DNA of 64,000 nucleotides from Camelus ferus (Eukaryota): the NCBI RefSeq assembly GCF_009834535.1, contig NC_045696.1, positions 69,380,001 through 69,444,000 of the forward strand, in the 5' to 3' direction. The notes under the pieces are model-generated. The model was not told the DNA's origin and ran no database searches. It saw nothing but the letters and a program-made list of their open reading frames with translations. The position numbers and the translations under genes were made by a program. This document shows, piece after piece, positions 23,741 to 36,599 of this stretch; the stretch's first letter is position 1; each line of letters starts with the position of its first letter.

Positions 23741-26700
23741 CTCTGGGGTGTCTATTCTCAGAAAGTAATTCCAGCAGCAACAGATTGGGAGAATGGATGC
23801 CAGAAAGCTGGCACTTAAGGGCTCCCTTAATTTCCAACATATTGTGACATTTTGTCCCCTCAAATTGGTTAACAAGGGATAAAGAAGTGACCAGTATTTC
23901 TAAAAATGGACTGATTCTCTCAAAAGTTTTAGGAGTTGGGCAGGCTTTGAAACACATGGTCATTTATGGAATTAGAACCTTCTCCTCCCTGTGGTTCTTC
24001 CCAGGGGTCCCGAGAAAAGCTTCCCCTTTAGGGAAGCAGTGAAGAATTCCACAGCAGTGTCTCCTGACCAAGCAGAGCAGAAAACAGATCCAGAGTGTTG
24101 TGAGTGAACCAAAATTAGCCTCTTTACAAGCCTATTAAAGCATCAAGTTTAGCATCCATTGCCCAAAATACAACAGGAAGGCAAAAGGCTTTTCTCTTTC
24201 TCTTTGTCCAACTAGTTACTCACACTTCTGTTCCCTTCCTCCCACCGGCCCTCTCCCTACAGATAACAACCAAAGCGGGATCTTGGATGGGTGGGAGTCT
24301 CCTTCATTTTCAAGTAAACCCAATCAAAGTTCCTGAGAAATCCACTGTGACATTGTAGAATTCTAGGCTGAGGGGAGATTTGCAGCCTATTAGTCAAAAG
24401 TCCTAAAGTTCACCAGCTCCTCTTTTAACTTTTCTTGTTAAAATGTTACTTACTATCCTTAGGAGAGAGAAGACAGTTGCTGACCTGAATCATTGCTTCC
24501 TAGGAAGCAGACAAGTGAGTCAGTAATATAACTGGGCTTTTTTTTTTTTTTTTAACAGACTATCTTAGGGGAACAGATTATCTTTAATAACTATTTTTCA
24601 CATACCAATTCTAAATATACAAAGCCTTTCACATACGCTTCTTCATTTAATCATAACCCTATTCAATGGTGAAGGTATTGCTGGTTCCACTTCACAGAAG
24701 AGGAAACTGAGGTTTAGGGACACAGACTCAGGCCTTCCAACTCCATCTAAATGGTCTATTTATTACTCTTAACCTCACGGCTTCGTTTTTGTGCTTTTCT
24801 CCCAAGCTTATCAGCTGTTACTGCGGTTATTTTTCAAGCTAGCCTGTGGAGGCATTCCACCTTGGTGATGGAGCAATATTTAAAAGTTGTTCAGTTTAAC
24901 AGAGTACTTAACAGAGTAGCACAGCCAGAAAGAGTTGTAGAGACCATTTCCAACCTCCTTATTTTACCAATAAGAAAACTGAGACCCATAGTTGGACCTA
25001 CATTCCTAAGGCTGGATCCACAAATCCTGTTTGTGGCAAAACTGTGACCAGGAGCCGAGCCTCATGGTTCTTCTGTCCCACCACCTACAATGTCACAATA
25101 TCTCTCAAGCACAATCTTCACAATCAAAGCAAAGAGGAAAGCTAAAGTCAGGATTTGGCTAATATCCGTTCCATCCTGTACTTGTTTGATACAATGGAAA
25201 GATCCTATTAATTACACAATCATGAAATATTGGGTGGAATTCAGCTTGGAGATAAGTGTAATTTTTTGGTTTTGTAGGTAAGAAAAGTGAGGCCCAGAAA
25301 AATTAAGCAAACTGAGCACCCCCAAGCAGGAACTTGAACCCAGGTCTTCTGGTCCCTAGTCACTGACCCCCCACCTCCATGACCTCCACTGTGTGCAGTG
25401 TCACGTGCTGTTCACCCAACTTGTCAGAGACAGCCTGACTTAAAAATTTCCAGACACCGGTACCTGACTCAGCCCAGCTTTGCCTTGGCAATAGAGAGCA
25501 GGCATCAGCTGCCGGCTCGGATGATGTGTTCCCAGAGCAACATGGCAAGTGTGAGCTGCCAACATTGAAGTCTCAGGGAATGTAAAGTGTTGAGCCAGTT
25601 AAACATCCAAAAATGCCCAGTCTCTTAGAAACAAGGGTGACTCATTGGAGTGCTTGGCCACGACTGGGAACTGCATTAGAGGGGCCACGGGGGCTAAAAC
25701 CTACGCTCAGAAGCCTCCTGCTGCCCTGCCTCTGACCCTTTGCTCGCAGCTCTCCTCTCCAACCCAGAGCCAACACTCACTTTACTGGGAAAGCCAGGCC
25801 TCCCACTCCCTGAAACCTTTCTTGATGCTTTAAGCCCGGAGGAGTTCTCCCTTCTCTTGCCCTGAGAATCTGCTCTATACAATTTGGCACTTAATTTTAT
25901 ACTGTCTTTTATTGCTTCTTAATTGTTTTGAGTGTTTGTTTTATAGCCAGTGTGGACTGCAAATGCTCCAAGGGGAGGAAGTAAGCTTCCTCCTCTGTAC
26001 CCTAGAGCACATCTCTGAGTGTCACCCAAGAGCAGAGACGTGCTCAGACTCACAGCTACTCCTGACTTCAAGACTCCACTCTACCCTGCATTTGCACATA
26101 CAACAAATGCTCAATAAATCCTAATTCGTTTCACTGAGGCTTCAGCCTTAAAGACAGAGTTCAGCAGCCAGAGCCTCCAGCAGCCCACGCTAAGCCTCTG
26201 TACAAATTAGAGTCAAGGCAGGCGATGCGGCTCAGCCAGGCTGCAAGGCTGGATCAGTAGAGCCCGGACTTCAGCCCCTTGCTGGGCGCCCTGTGCAGTG
26301 AGCCACCTGCACCTCTGGGCTCTGGTTCTTCAAAGGGGCAGCAATATGATGTCTCTGCCACCTGACCCTCCCATTCTGACAGGAAGCCCTTACTTGGGAA
26401 AGCTGGCAGCACAGGCCCGTCTTGTGTCAAACCAGACAAGAACAACGAAAAGGGCAAATCTTCCAGAGCATCTCAATATGCATAGCCTGAAGTCTGCGTT
26501 GCTGGCAGGGCACTTGGGGACCCTCTGCAATAGGGTCCCAACTTCCTTTCTTCTACTGAAGGCCCAGAACTCACCATGAGTTGTCCTCTTTCTGTGCTTT
26601 TGCTTTCCCTCAGCCTTGATCGCCTTCTTCTTGCTGATCTGTGTGTCAGATCCCATCCCAAACTTTACCTCCTCCGGATATCTCAATTCACATAACTCTT

Positions 26701-28749
26701 CTTTTTGGTGCTTCTTTCCACTTGCAGCCCTCCCTGCCTTCCGCATGGCTTGAACCTCTATTACAACCCTTTTCCCACATGTTATCTGTGTGTAACTCGG
26801 TGGCCAGCTGTCTTCAAGCTCTTCCCCTCAAACCAAACCACCGCCCCTACAGGCTTCTCTGTACTCACCCTACATCATCAACCCAGATGCTGAACTCAGC
26901 ACCACCCTGAGTTCCCCAAAGGAACCCACTCACAAACAAATTGGGGAACAACTGCCCTTACAAATGATTTATTTCACAGGAAGGGTAGAGAGCAAGGACT
27001 TCATAGGGTACCTCCCCCTTCCCCTCCCCCAGCAAACTATTTACTGATCTTTGCAAGCACTCCTGTTCTCCAAATCCTTACTTGGCAGCTCTGTTCTGGG
27101 AGTTTCTCTCTCATTACTCTTCCTCAACACACTCCTGGCCAAGTCGAGTCTCTGCATTCTATCTCTGCATGTCTTCCCCATTCCTCCCACCCAATGTATT
27201 TCCTTCCAGCTCAAGTAGGCAGAAAAACTTAGTATCGCCCCAATCCCTACCTGCAGGCATGCATCCCCAAATCCATCACTACTCTCAGCCAAATATAAGC
27301 ACTCTTTCAGTTTCCCCTTCTTTGGAAGGAATCCAGGATTAGACAGAACAAGAATATCTTCTTATGATATGTATGTGAGTGTGTTTTCCTCCACAGAGAA
27401 TAGAGTTCAGAAGGCAAGGATTTTGTCTTCCACATTCACCCAACCTAGCAAAGTGAGCCTGAGACCAGCCTTCTCCTCTACTAGGGACAGGGACAGTTCT
27501 CAGCCCCATCTATCTCTTGGTTCCTCTTCCTTGCCAAGTAAGGTCCAGCACTAGAGTTAGGGAAAAGTGCCTGAAAGACCCAGCAGGAGCTTAATAGATA
27601 GCCGCGAAATGAATGAGTCATTGAGTGAAAGGGAAACAAGAAAAGATAAAAGAATTTTGAGAGCACCCTCACCAGGATTATTTCAGTCTAGCTGAAGGGA
27701 GCTTTGAGAACCAAGCCAGTGTGAGAGATGCCAGGTGAGTGGTATAATGAAGTGTGAACATAAGGTTCTGGTAGTGGCTCTGCCTTCAATGCCATGTGGA
27801 ACCTTGGGGGAAATCTCCGAGCCTCAGTTCCTCATACACCCCATCAGCCTGCCTGCAGATGGCCCAATATGGACACTGATCATCAGGTTCCTCAGAGCTT
27901 TTGACGTTCATGTTTGAGGCTTCTTCCCCAAGTGCCCAGACACCCAGAGCCCCCTGGTGCCTCTGCATCTGCAGAAAGTTTTTCTTGGCTACAGTCCTGA
28001 CCCGAAGACCTTCAGTGCCTGCTGGCAGAAAAGAACTCTCAGTTGTGGAAACTGGTAAACTCTACATGTTTTACAGATGAGCCCAAACTCCTGATGACTC
28101 TAAATGTGGTGTGAAATGGACAGAAGTCACCGTATTGGTGTGACATGCCTGAGATAGTGTGGTCACCACCACCGCCACCCCATGCAGACACACACGTCAT
28201 GGAAAGGAAGTGCCTTGGCCAATGTTGGCCCTCATCCCTTATCCCTCACTCCCAGGCCTTTTTCTGTGCTTTTCCGAATTTTTAAGGTAAGAAGTGCTCT
28301 ATTTGCTGTGCAGGAAAATAGCCCATTGTCATCTAAAAGCAAAGGATACAGGGAATTATTGTTCAGTCTTGAGACCTGATTCAGCAACCAGAGCCCAGCT
28401 CTGGCTGGCTGCGACGGTCCCCACTATACCCGCAGAGGGAAAAATCTTTTCAGATTGAACAGCCACCAATCTCCTGCCACCGAAATGTGCCCCTGGGCAG
28501 GGGCAGTGATTTGGGCACTCGAGAAAACGCCCAAGTGCCTAGGTAACGGAGAGAACTGGCTGATTTTATTTGTCTTTGACTTGGTGGAGATAGTGAGGCA
28601 GCCTAGACATTGAGATGTGAGTATTTTATCTGTCAAACAATTATTCCCTGTCCTCTGATTCAGCTGGTCTCTAGCACCCTGCAAAGCCCACCACTGTTGC
28701 ATCTTCTCCGAACCCCTCAGCCTCTAACTCCTCCTCTCAAACCCAAGCC

Positions 28750-30350
28750 CTAACAGTGAGAAGTGCCCGAACGACCGAAACTAGTCCGGGTTCGCTGCGA
28801 GCCCACCGCATTTATGCGCGTGCGGGGGTGTGTGCACGCGCGCGGGTGGGGGTGTGCAGCGCGCGCGCGCGGGTGTGTGGCGGGTGTGCGAGCGCGCGCG
28901 CGCGCGCGGGTGTGTGGCGGGGGCGGGCTCTGCGCCCGGGGGCAGGGCTCCGCGTGAGAGTGGCAGCTGGACTTGCCCGCTGCGAGGGGCAGGGCGCCGC
29001 AGTGCCCGTAGTAGTGAGCAGCCGAGGCGCACCTCTTGGGAGTCGCGGGTACTGGGGCCGGCAGAGACCCCCGGCGCTGCCTAACCCCAACCGGGCAGCC
29101 CGAGCTCCGTGGCACCTAGTCGCGCTCCATCCCCCTCCCCAGGAGGGCTGCGCGGGCGGGAAGACGCCCAGACGCCAGCTTCGGTCCCCTTTCAGCCTCT
29201 CGGTTCCTCTTTCCACCCAAGTAAGGGAATAAGCCCCGAGGAAGGAGCGCTCCGCAGAATCGCGCAACCAAGTGTTGCATGCTGAGGTAAGACCGTGGCC
29301 GGCGCAGCGGAGGGGGTTCGGGCTGGGGGCGCGAGCTGCAGCAACTTGGAAAAGGAGGGCAAAGCCGGAGCCAGTTCCGCGGCCAGGGGCAGGAGCTGCA
29401 GCCGAGGCCACGGCACCCACCCTGACGGTGCCACCTGCCGCACAGCCCTGCAGGAGATGCCCCGCTGGCAGGGTGAGGGCACGGGCAGCTGCCGGGGTGG
29501 GGCACCGACTTCCTCTTCTATTCGGAAGACCTTATGAACCTCAAAGGTGTGCGGGCGGGAGGCGGCTTGGCTCCAGGCAGTTTGCTGAAGCAACTGGTCA
29601 GTCGACCCTTCTAGACTTACCTTTGGTATCCAGTTCGCGCTCCAGGGTGTACAGGGAGGCAAAGAGCGGGGACACTTTTCCTAACATCTGGCCGCCAAAG
29701 CCTCTGACCGTCCCGCAGGGTTCCAGGACTTTGGGGGACTCCACAAAGCCCCTGGGCTAGGGGAGCACAACGGGAAGCTGAAGAGAACGCGGAGACCTTG
29801 AGAGATATACGCTACGGAAGGAGAGGAGGGTCAAGGAGGGAACGTCCGGCTGACCTGTTTAGTCTAGGAGTCACAAGATGTGTGTTCGTGTGCGTGTGTT
29901 TGTGTCTTGAGAGGCGTGCATCTAGTATCACCTGTGGGGCTTTTCAAAACTCCACCAGTCCGCTCACCCTGTATATTCGAGATTTTCTTTCTCTGGACGA
30001 GTGGACTAGAATTTGGGGAGGGGGCTGAGGAGTTCGAAAAAGCCCTACAAGTGATTCTGATGCGCTGCCCCCATCCCCGCCATCACTGCAGAGGAAAGCA
30101 CGGGACAGGAACGAAGAGGCAGCTCCCAGGTGTGACGATCCAGATACCGAACTCAGAGTGACCGACGAGACCCTCCCGCACCCTCCCTCTTTACCCGGGG
30201 CGAGGCAGGAGGGTCTGCGGCAGCGCAAGGTGATTTGTGGCTGCGCCGCAGTGGCGCGCGGGAGAACTACGAACCCGCGGGCACGCTCGCAGGCCGGCGC
30301 GGGGCGGTTGTCTCCTCTGGATTCATTAGCATACGATGACCTCGCTGTCC
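28750..30350. promoter_or_regulatory. CpG island / promoter of an unidentified gene
   Basis: Abrupt rise in GC and CpG density against a CpG-depleted background. Contains (GC)n/(GT)n tracts, an EGR1-type GCGGGGGCG (28917-28925) and an overlapping GC box GGGGCGGG (28920-28927). Confidence 0.9.
28950..29286 (+). other. Putative first exon (probably mostly 5' UTR); start approximate
   Basis: Lies just downstream of the GC box/EGR1 cluster and ends at a good donor GAG|GTAAGA (29286/29287). Alternative donor CAA|GTAAGG at 29220/29221. No downstream coding exon is recognised in the window. Confidence 0.5.
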
Positions 30351-33154
30351 CGAGGAGGGCATAGGAGGGCTGTTTATCATTCTTTCATTGTGGGACTTTG
30401 GGGACTCACCTTAGTTCTGGAGGTGCGGACCAGGGGGAGTCACTGATGAGGAGCATCAGTCAGGACACAGGGCTGGGAACTGCCCCTCTGGTTCAAAAGA
30501 GGGAAACGACTTCATTATTTCAGTGCCTGGGATTCTTTGTCTAAAATACGGCCCACACAGAGCCACTTGCTAGAGCACAGGGTACCCGTCGTTGTCAACG
30601 AAGGGTTTTAGATCACAGGGGACAAATGTCTTGACTGATCACACACACACCCTACCTTTGTGCTTTATGCCCCTCTCATTCCAGGGATATGTCCTTATGT
30701 GGAAACGGACTTAGTCGTTGGTCTTGTCAAAAAGGGCTGTATTTGTCAGAGAGTCCTTTCCGAAGGTGAATTATACTCATTAAATAAAGAGGCAGCCAGA
30801 AAGCTAACTTACGTGTGGTACCTCTCCTATACGTCTTTTCTTTACCAATCACCCTTGAAGTTTATGCATAACATTGTAGGCTTTTTTTTCCTGGTAGGGG
30901 TCTGTGGGTGGGAAGCAAGTAGATGAGTCTTTCCCATCTTAAAATTTCATGTCATGTTTGGTTCAGATCAACCAGGATATGGGCAGAAAATGATAAACAT
31001 CAGAGTGTCTTGGAATCTAGACTTTCAGAGATAGAGGAAGCCGCTAAGGACATCTGTTCCAACTCCCCCTCAAATCTCCGGAGTACCTTCAACAGGTGGG
31101 AGGGGGGATCCTGTCAACCTTGTACCCCCAGAGGTCCCAGGTGTGCACGCCTTAGGCTCTGCCAGGGGAAGTACCCTTAACGCAGCAGCTCTTCCCTCTA
31201 CTGCCCATCCCTGGAGGGGAGGCTGCCCCTATCTCCTTCCCTGGAAGGGAAGTACTGTTTTTTGTTGTGGTAAAACTCTTTCTCAAAAAAGAAAAAATCT
31301 TACTGTATTATTACATCATTATGATATGCTTTTTTATTATAAAAGTAATTCATGTTAAATGCAGAATATTTGGGAAATTGAAAAGTGTGCAAAGAATCAA
31401 GCAGACCACCCAAAATTCCACCACTCAGATTCCACACGGCTAATATATTAGAATAGTTCCTTTCCATCTATTTTTATGCCTTGAAATTGTATAGTCCTTA
31501 GAGAACCAACATTTGCTGGGTACCTAATGTACCTTGAATATGTTAAGTATTTTATATTCAGTGTCGTTTAATTCTCAGAAGTCCTGAGGCAAGTATTAGC
31601 GTCACAGAGTTCAGGGGACTTGTCCAAGTCACACACCTGTAAGTGGCCAAGTCAGGATTCAAACCCAGGCTGTCCAACAACTGGGTGGTTGCTTCACCTC
31701 GGTAGCTGTTGCTTCTCTGCTTTTCCCCTAAGTAGTATCATAGTGAAAGTCCTTCATGGACATCATTTTCATGGCTGCCTATTATTACATTGTTGGTCAT
31801 TTAAGTTGATTTCTGTGTTTAGCAACTACACGTAACTCTGAACAACATCCCTGGGCAAAGTCTTTCTGCACACATTTCCAAATACTTCCTTTGGATAGAT
31901 TCCCAGAAGTAGAATCACTGGGCCAAGGGGCATGAATGTTTTAAGGCTCCTGATGTATATGACAAGCAGGTTTTGGAAAAAGATACACCAATTTCCACTT
32001 CCATCCCCTCCAGATAGTTCTGCCACAGTCAAAGCAGGTGACTTCTGGGAACTCAGATACATCAGGGCCTCACATGACCAAGCCAGACCACATAAGCATC
32101 CCTCTGGCTTCATGGGAGGCAGAATCACACACATCACCCTGCTGTATACACACAAGTGTGATTATGAAACCCATACGAATATAAGGCTATACCTATTTTT
32201 ATCTGTGCAAGTATCAATTGCAGAATTCTCTGGCTTGTGTAAAATATATACATGGCATAACATTCCACTTCTCCACACAAATAATTAGAACAGCCTGCAC
32301 CCCTATGAAGGTGCATCACCATCAGGCCAAATTCAGCCAGCCCAGCCAATCACATAGTGGCCATTTTCACAGAGCTGTTTGTTTACACCAAGTATCAGAA
32401 TCCCACATCCAAACCACAGCGGGAATTGATGTCACTTTGTATGAAACAGAGTTCACTTGCCCAACTCCCCGTCACTCGTGGTTAGTGATGGCAAGTCACA
32501 CAATAAAAAACAAGGTTATACACATCATTGAAAAAATGTCATCAGGTGAAGAAAATGTGGCCATAGAAGACAAACTGCATTAGGCAATACAAAAAGACAC
32601 AAAGGTGACATTTTCAACGAAAACTAATTGGTCCTAGCTATGAGTTTTCCTTAGGGCTGTTTTTGCCCCATAGCCACCTCTGCCAGCAGCAGTGGGCTTA
32701 GTAGCCTTGGAATATAGTCCATTGTTGTAAAGAGGAATACATACCAATTGAGCCACCACTATGAGATCTACTTATTTAAGACTCGGCTCAGGTCTTAAAA
32801 CATCCTTCTGGGAAGCCTTCCACAACTGCTATTCTGGGTTAGAGCCCTCTCTGCTGGACTCATTGCACCTGTGTATACACTTAGCTCCCTATGGTGAAAT
32901 CACTTACCTGCACACCCCCTACTAAACTGAGAATTCCCTGAAGGTACAGCTAGCCCCGCACACCTAGCACCAAGCTAGTACTTACGCAGAGTAAACAATC
33001 CAGTGCAATAAATGGACAAATAAGAATTTTCCAGGTACTTTATGTGCATTTCTCTTTCAAGCGCACCTTTATTCTGCTCACATTGGTCAGTCTCAGAAAT
33101 GCACCTGAAAGCTGTGTATTTCCACATGTGACTCCTTCCATTTTCATTCAGTTC

Positions 33155-33296
33155 ATTAAAATTAAATTTAAAATTTCAGTTTCTCAGTCACACTAGTCAC
33201 ATTTCTAGTGCTTAAATGCCACATATGACTGCCATATTAGAGAATGCACATATAGAACATTTCCCTCATTGCAGAAAGTTCAACTGGACAGTGCTG
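33155..33296. mobile_element. MER3/MER33 hAT-Charlie
   Basis: CTCAGTCACACTAGTCACATTT...ATAGAACATTTCC..CATTGCAGAAAGTTC..CTGGACAGTGCTG. Confidence 0.85.
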
Positions 33297-33429
33297 GTTA
33301 GATTGGAAGCTTGGTGCTGGCAGGGGTGTGAATTTGTTTTCCACCATATCCCCTGCAACCAGCATAGTGATTGGCCAGAGGAGGACAAAGGGGGGGAAAG
33401 GAGGAACGGTGGTAGTAAATGTAGCAGGA

Positions 33430-33630
33430 GCACTACCATTTATTGGACACCTGCTCTGTGCCCCACATTGTGTTATATTTTGTACATGCATTGTCTTCGT
33501 ATTCACATCACTACAAGCCTGGTAGTAACCTTACTTCGCAAACAGGGAAACTGAGTTCAGAAAGTTTAAGTGGTCACAAAGCTAGTAGTAGAGAGGCTGA
33601 ATTTTAACTCAGTCCCCTATGATTTCAAAG
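33430..33630 (-). mobile_element. MIR
   Basis: CCATTTATTGGACACCTGCTCTGTGCC...GGAAACTGAG...GGTCACAAAGCTAGTA. Confidence 0.75.
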
Positions 33631-34099
33631 CCAATTTTCTTAGGCTTTTTACTTTACTGCCTCATTAAATGTCATCTGTGGTAACAGATGTGAATTGTCA
33701 TCCTCTTGGCTTCCCAGGAAGTCAGAGAAAGGGTACTTCTGAAGGCTTCCCAAGGGAAATATTGGTGTAATTTGCAAATGGTAATGGCATTTCAAGAATG
33801 TAAAATTTTGCATGGAGGCTCCAGAGGCTTTGTCCCTGGATAGGTGAGGTAGGGACAGTGTGACCTGATCAGAGGGACAAAACCTGGGAGAGCAGGCCAG
33901 CCAACCGCCACCACCCATGCTCCTCCTCAGGGAGGCCTGTTGTCAGCCCTGGAGGGAGAGAAATGCTGGCTTGATTAGGATCCCACAGCCAGTTATTGGC
34001 ATAAACTGCCTCTTAACTCCCTGGCCAGTGCTCCTCCCACTGTTCCATCCTGCCCCATAGGCCTCTGGCTCCAGCATCCTCACTATCAGTATCACTCTT

Positions 34100-34980
34100 G
34101 CCCCAGTTTTGTCTAATTTCTTTATTCTTAATGAATAGAATACAGAATTTCAAGGGAGGCTTAATCAAGTACCAAGCAGAGTGAGATTATCACTCCCTTC
34201 ATTCTACATCTCCTGTTTCTGTCAAAACTCTGTAAGGCTGAATTAGGCATCTATACTAGTAACATCTGTTGAGTTTAGTATCAGCTGAAAAAACCCCACG
34301 TCTCTCTTAAACTTGCTCTTGAACTGTATCTCCCGCCCTCACGCCCCCACACCTGCCATACATGTATACATGCTACCTGGGACCCAAATACAGAGCCCTT
34401 GCATTTATCCCCAGTTTTATCATGTTTAATTCAGTCTATCTTGCCAACTTGCTCAGATATTTCTGGCTTTGGTTCTGTCATCCAGTATTAATACTGTCCC
34501 TTCCAGCTGGTTTCCTGATCTGATGAGTATGACCTCTTCAACTAAGTCATCAAAAAGATGATGAACATGACAGCGTTCTGAGGCATCCCACTATATGTTC
34601 CTGAGAGATAGATGTTAATTCAATAAATAAACAGCACTTATTAAGAACGTTTGTTCAACTTACTGTACCTATCAGTATACATTTCTTCATTTTTTTCCAA
34701 AGATTATCAGAGGAATCTTATCAAGGGTCTCGATAAAGTCCAGATACTCTCCATCACTGGTATTTCCCTGATCTGCCTGCCTGGTAACTTTGTCAAAGAG
34801 GCAATTTTGTTACTCTGACGTAAACCACTAGCAGTTAACTCGTGTTGGTTCCTTGAGATCACAATTCCAGTCCTAAAAGCTCATTCCATATCTTGTTCCA
34901 CAATGTCTCCTGGGATTAATATCAACCCCTTAAGAAATTTTCACAAGTTACTTTTCCATTTTAAAAAGTAGAATTGTATT
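34100..34980 (-). mobile_element. L3/CR1 reverse-transcriptase-region fragment
   Basis: GCAGAGTGAGATTATCACTCCCTTCATTCT...TTGCATTTATCCCC...TTCTGTCATCCAG...AAGTCATCAAAAAGATG...CTGGTAACTTTGTCAAAGA are typical antisense L3 motifs. Confidence 0.7.
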
Positions 34981-34988
34981 TGCCATGA

Positions 34989-35105
34989 GGGTGATGGTGG
35001 TGGTGGTGGTGGTAGTGATGGTGATGGTGATGACAGTGATGATGATAGTGGTAGTTGGTGATGATGGTAATGGTAGTTCACGGTAATGGTGGTTGGTGGT
35101 GGTGG
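34989..35105. repeat. (GGT/GAT)n degenerate trinucleotide repeat
   Basis: Read directly from the sequence. Confidence 0.92.
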
Positions 35106-36599
35106 CTTCCTTACTCTATGATTCTGAACACATTAAGGAGACTGGTCTAGTGCTCTCAACTGCATGTTGTCTTAGCACCCTGGGATATTATTCAGTTAGG
35201 CAAAAAGATTGTATTAATTTAAGGCAGATCTCAGAGTCTCTAGCATCATTGAAAATGAGATCAGAGAAGGTACCAAGAAAGCATTTGTTCCCAGGCTTCT
35301 CCATCTAAAGTGGAAGTGTCCTGTGTGGGGTCGCACATCCAGGACAGTCACCAAGGTGTCACCACTCTTCCCTAGTGCTTTCTCCAGGGACTTCCCCTTC
35401 TTTCCATCTTCAATTCTAGCCTAAGGCTTTGTTTCCTGCAGAAATGTCCATTTGTTCCCTTGGAATTAGCCTCTTAATCATTGATGTCTCAGTAAGAATT
35501 AAAGATTCTTTCCTGGTATTATGACTTAAAAGGAGAAAGGAGGAGCAAACTTATTTTCCAAGTGGAAAATGGAGACAAAAATTCTCCATGACAGGACAGG
35601 TGCACAGAGAGAAAAGGTCAAAGTAAGAAAAGACTCTTCTTTTTTAATAATAAAAATCACAATAATAATAACTGTCCTTTACACATGTGCCACACTTGGA
35701 AGATAGCAGTGTATTCATATCCATGATCTCTCCTGACTCTAATCATAGGCGTGAGGCAGGGAGCATGGATGTTACCGGCCTGATGTGGCTTAGTGTGGTT
35801 TCACCAGTGTGATTTCACCAAACAGAGGCCCTAAAAAGTAAGAGTCTGCTGTGGCAAGAAAAGGGAAGAAAGATAAAACTCAGTGGCCATGCAGCAGCTG
35901 ACAAATCCTGGATCTGCCTGCCCAGCTAACCATTTGGGCCCGTCACTCCTTTCAGTGTGGTCTGCATGGAGTTTTCTCCTTGCTTACAGCATAAACAGTG
36001 CCATCTACACAGGAACCAAGTTTTCACCTTCCTATTGGCTGATCTGGTGTGAAAGTACCAAGTGGCCAGAGGTCGGTAATGCCACTTTTACACTTAGATG
36101 CTGAAATTGTTGAAATATTTTGACCCCAGAGTTTTCATTCCTTGCAGAATTTCTTCACCTCTCTGCTCTGGGACAGCTGCCTACAGCACTTTACCAGCTG
36201 CCTTGGTGTCTCTGCTTTTCAGTTAATGCGAAAGAGCTGGAGAAATCTCTCTTAATCCCCCAGAGAGCCAGAGTGTTCCTTCCAGCATCCTTGACAACCA
36301 CACAAAATGGGTGCTATCATCTGATGCCCCATCCCAAGTTCTCATCAATAAGGATGTCCTTGCTCCCCAGAACCTGACCCCAGGACACCCACTGATAGAA
36401 ATTAGTCCTGCCCTTCTCTCATGCCAGGATGTCCAGCAGGCTTTGATCACAACATGATCTTTCCTGACAGTAGAAAGCCAGTAGCCATATGTTTCTATAA
36501 ACGGGGGAAATTCCTGCTCTGCCCCAAAGTCCTCACTGTTCCTAATCCTTAAATCATGCAAATCTTGGCAAACACATTTCTGAGTAGATTCACTCAATC

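Noticed and set aside
24538..24557. Strong-looking acceptor (T)n-AACAG
   Set aside because: Poly(T) tract upstream of the promoter, followed by MIR sequence, with no partner donor or ORF.
29265..29279. GCAAC-N5-GTTGC palindrome
   Set aside because: The half-sites are in the opposite arrangement to an RFX X-box and the motif is too short to interpret.
28750..29760. Overlapping 120-200 aa ORFs on both strands in the CpG island
   Set aside because: Ala/Arg/Pro/Gly-rich frames expected from stop-poor GC-rich DNA and (GC)n repeats, with no recognisable domain.
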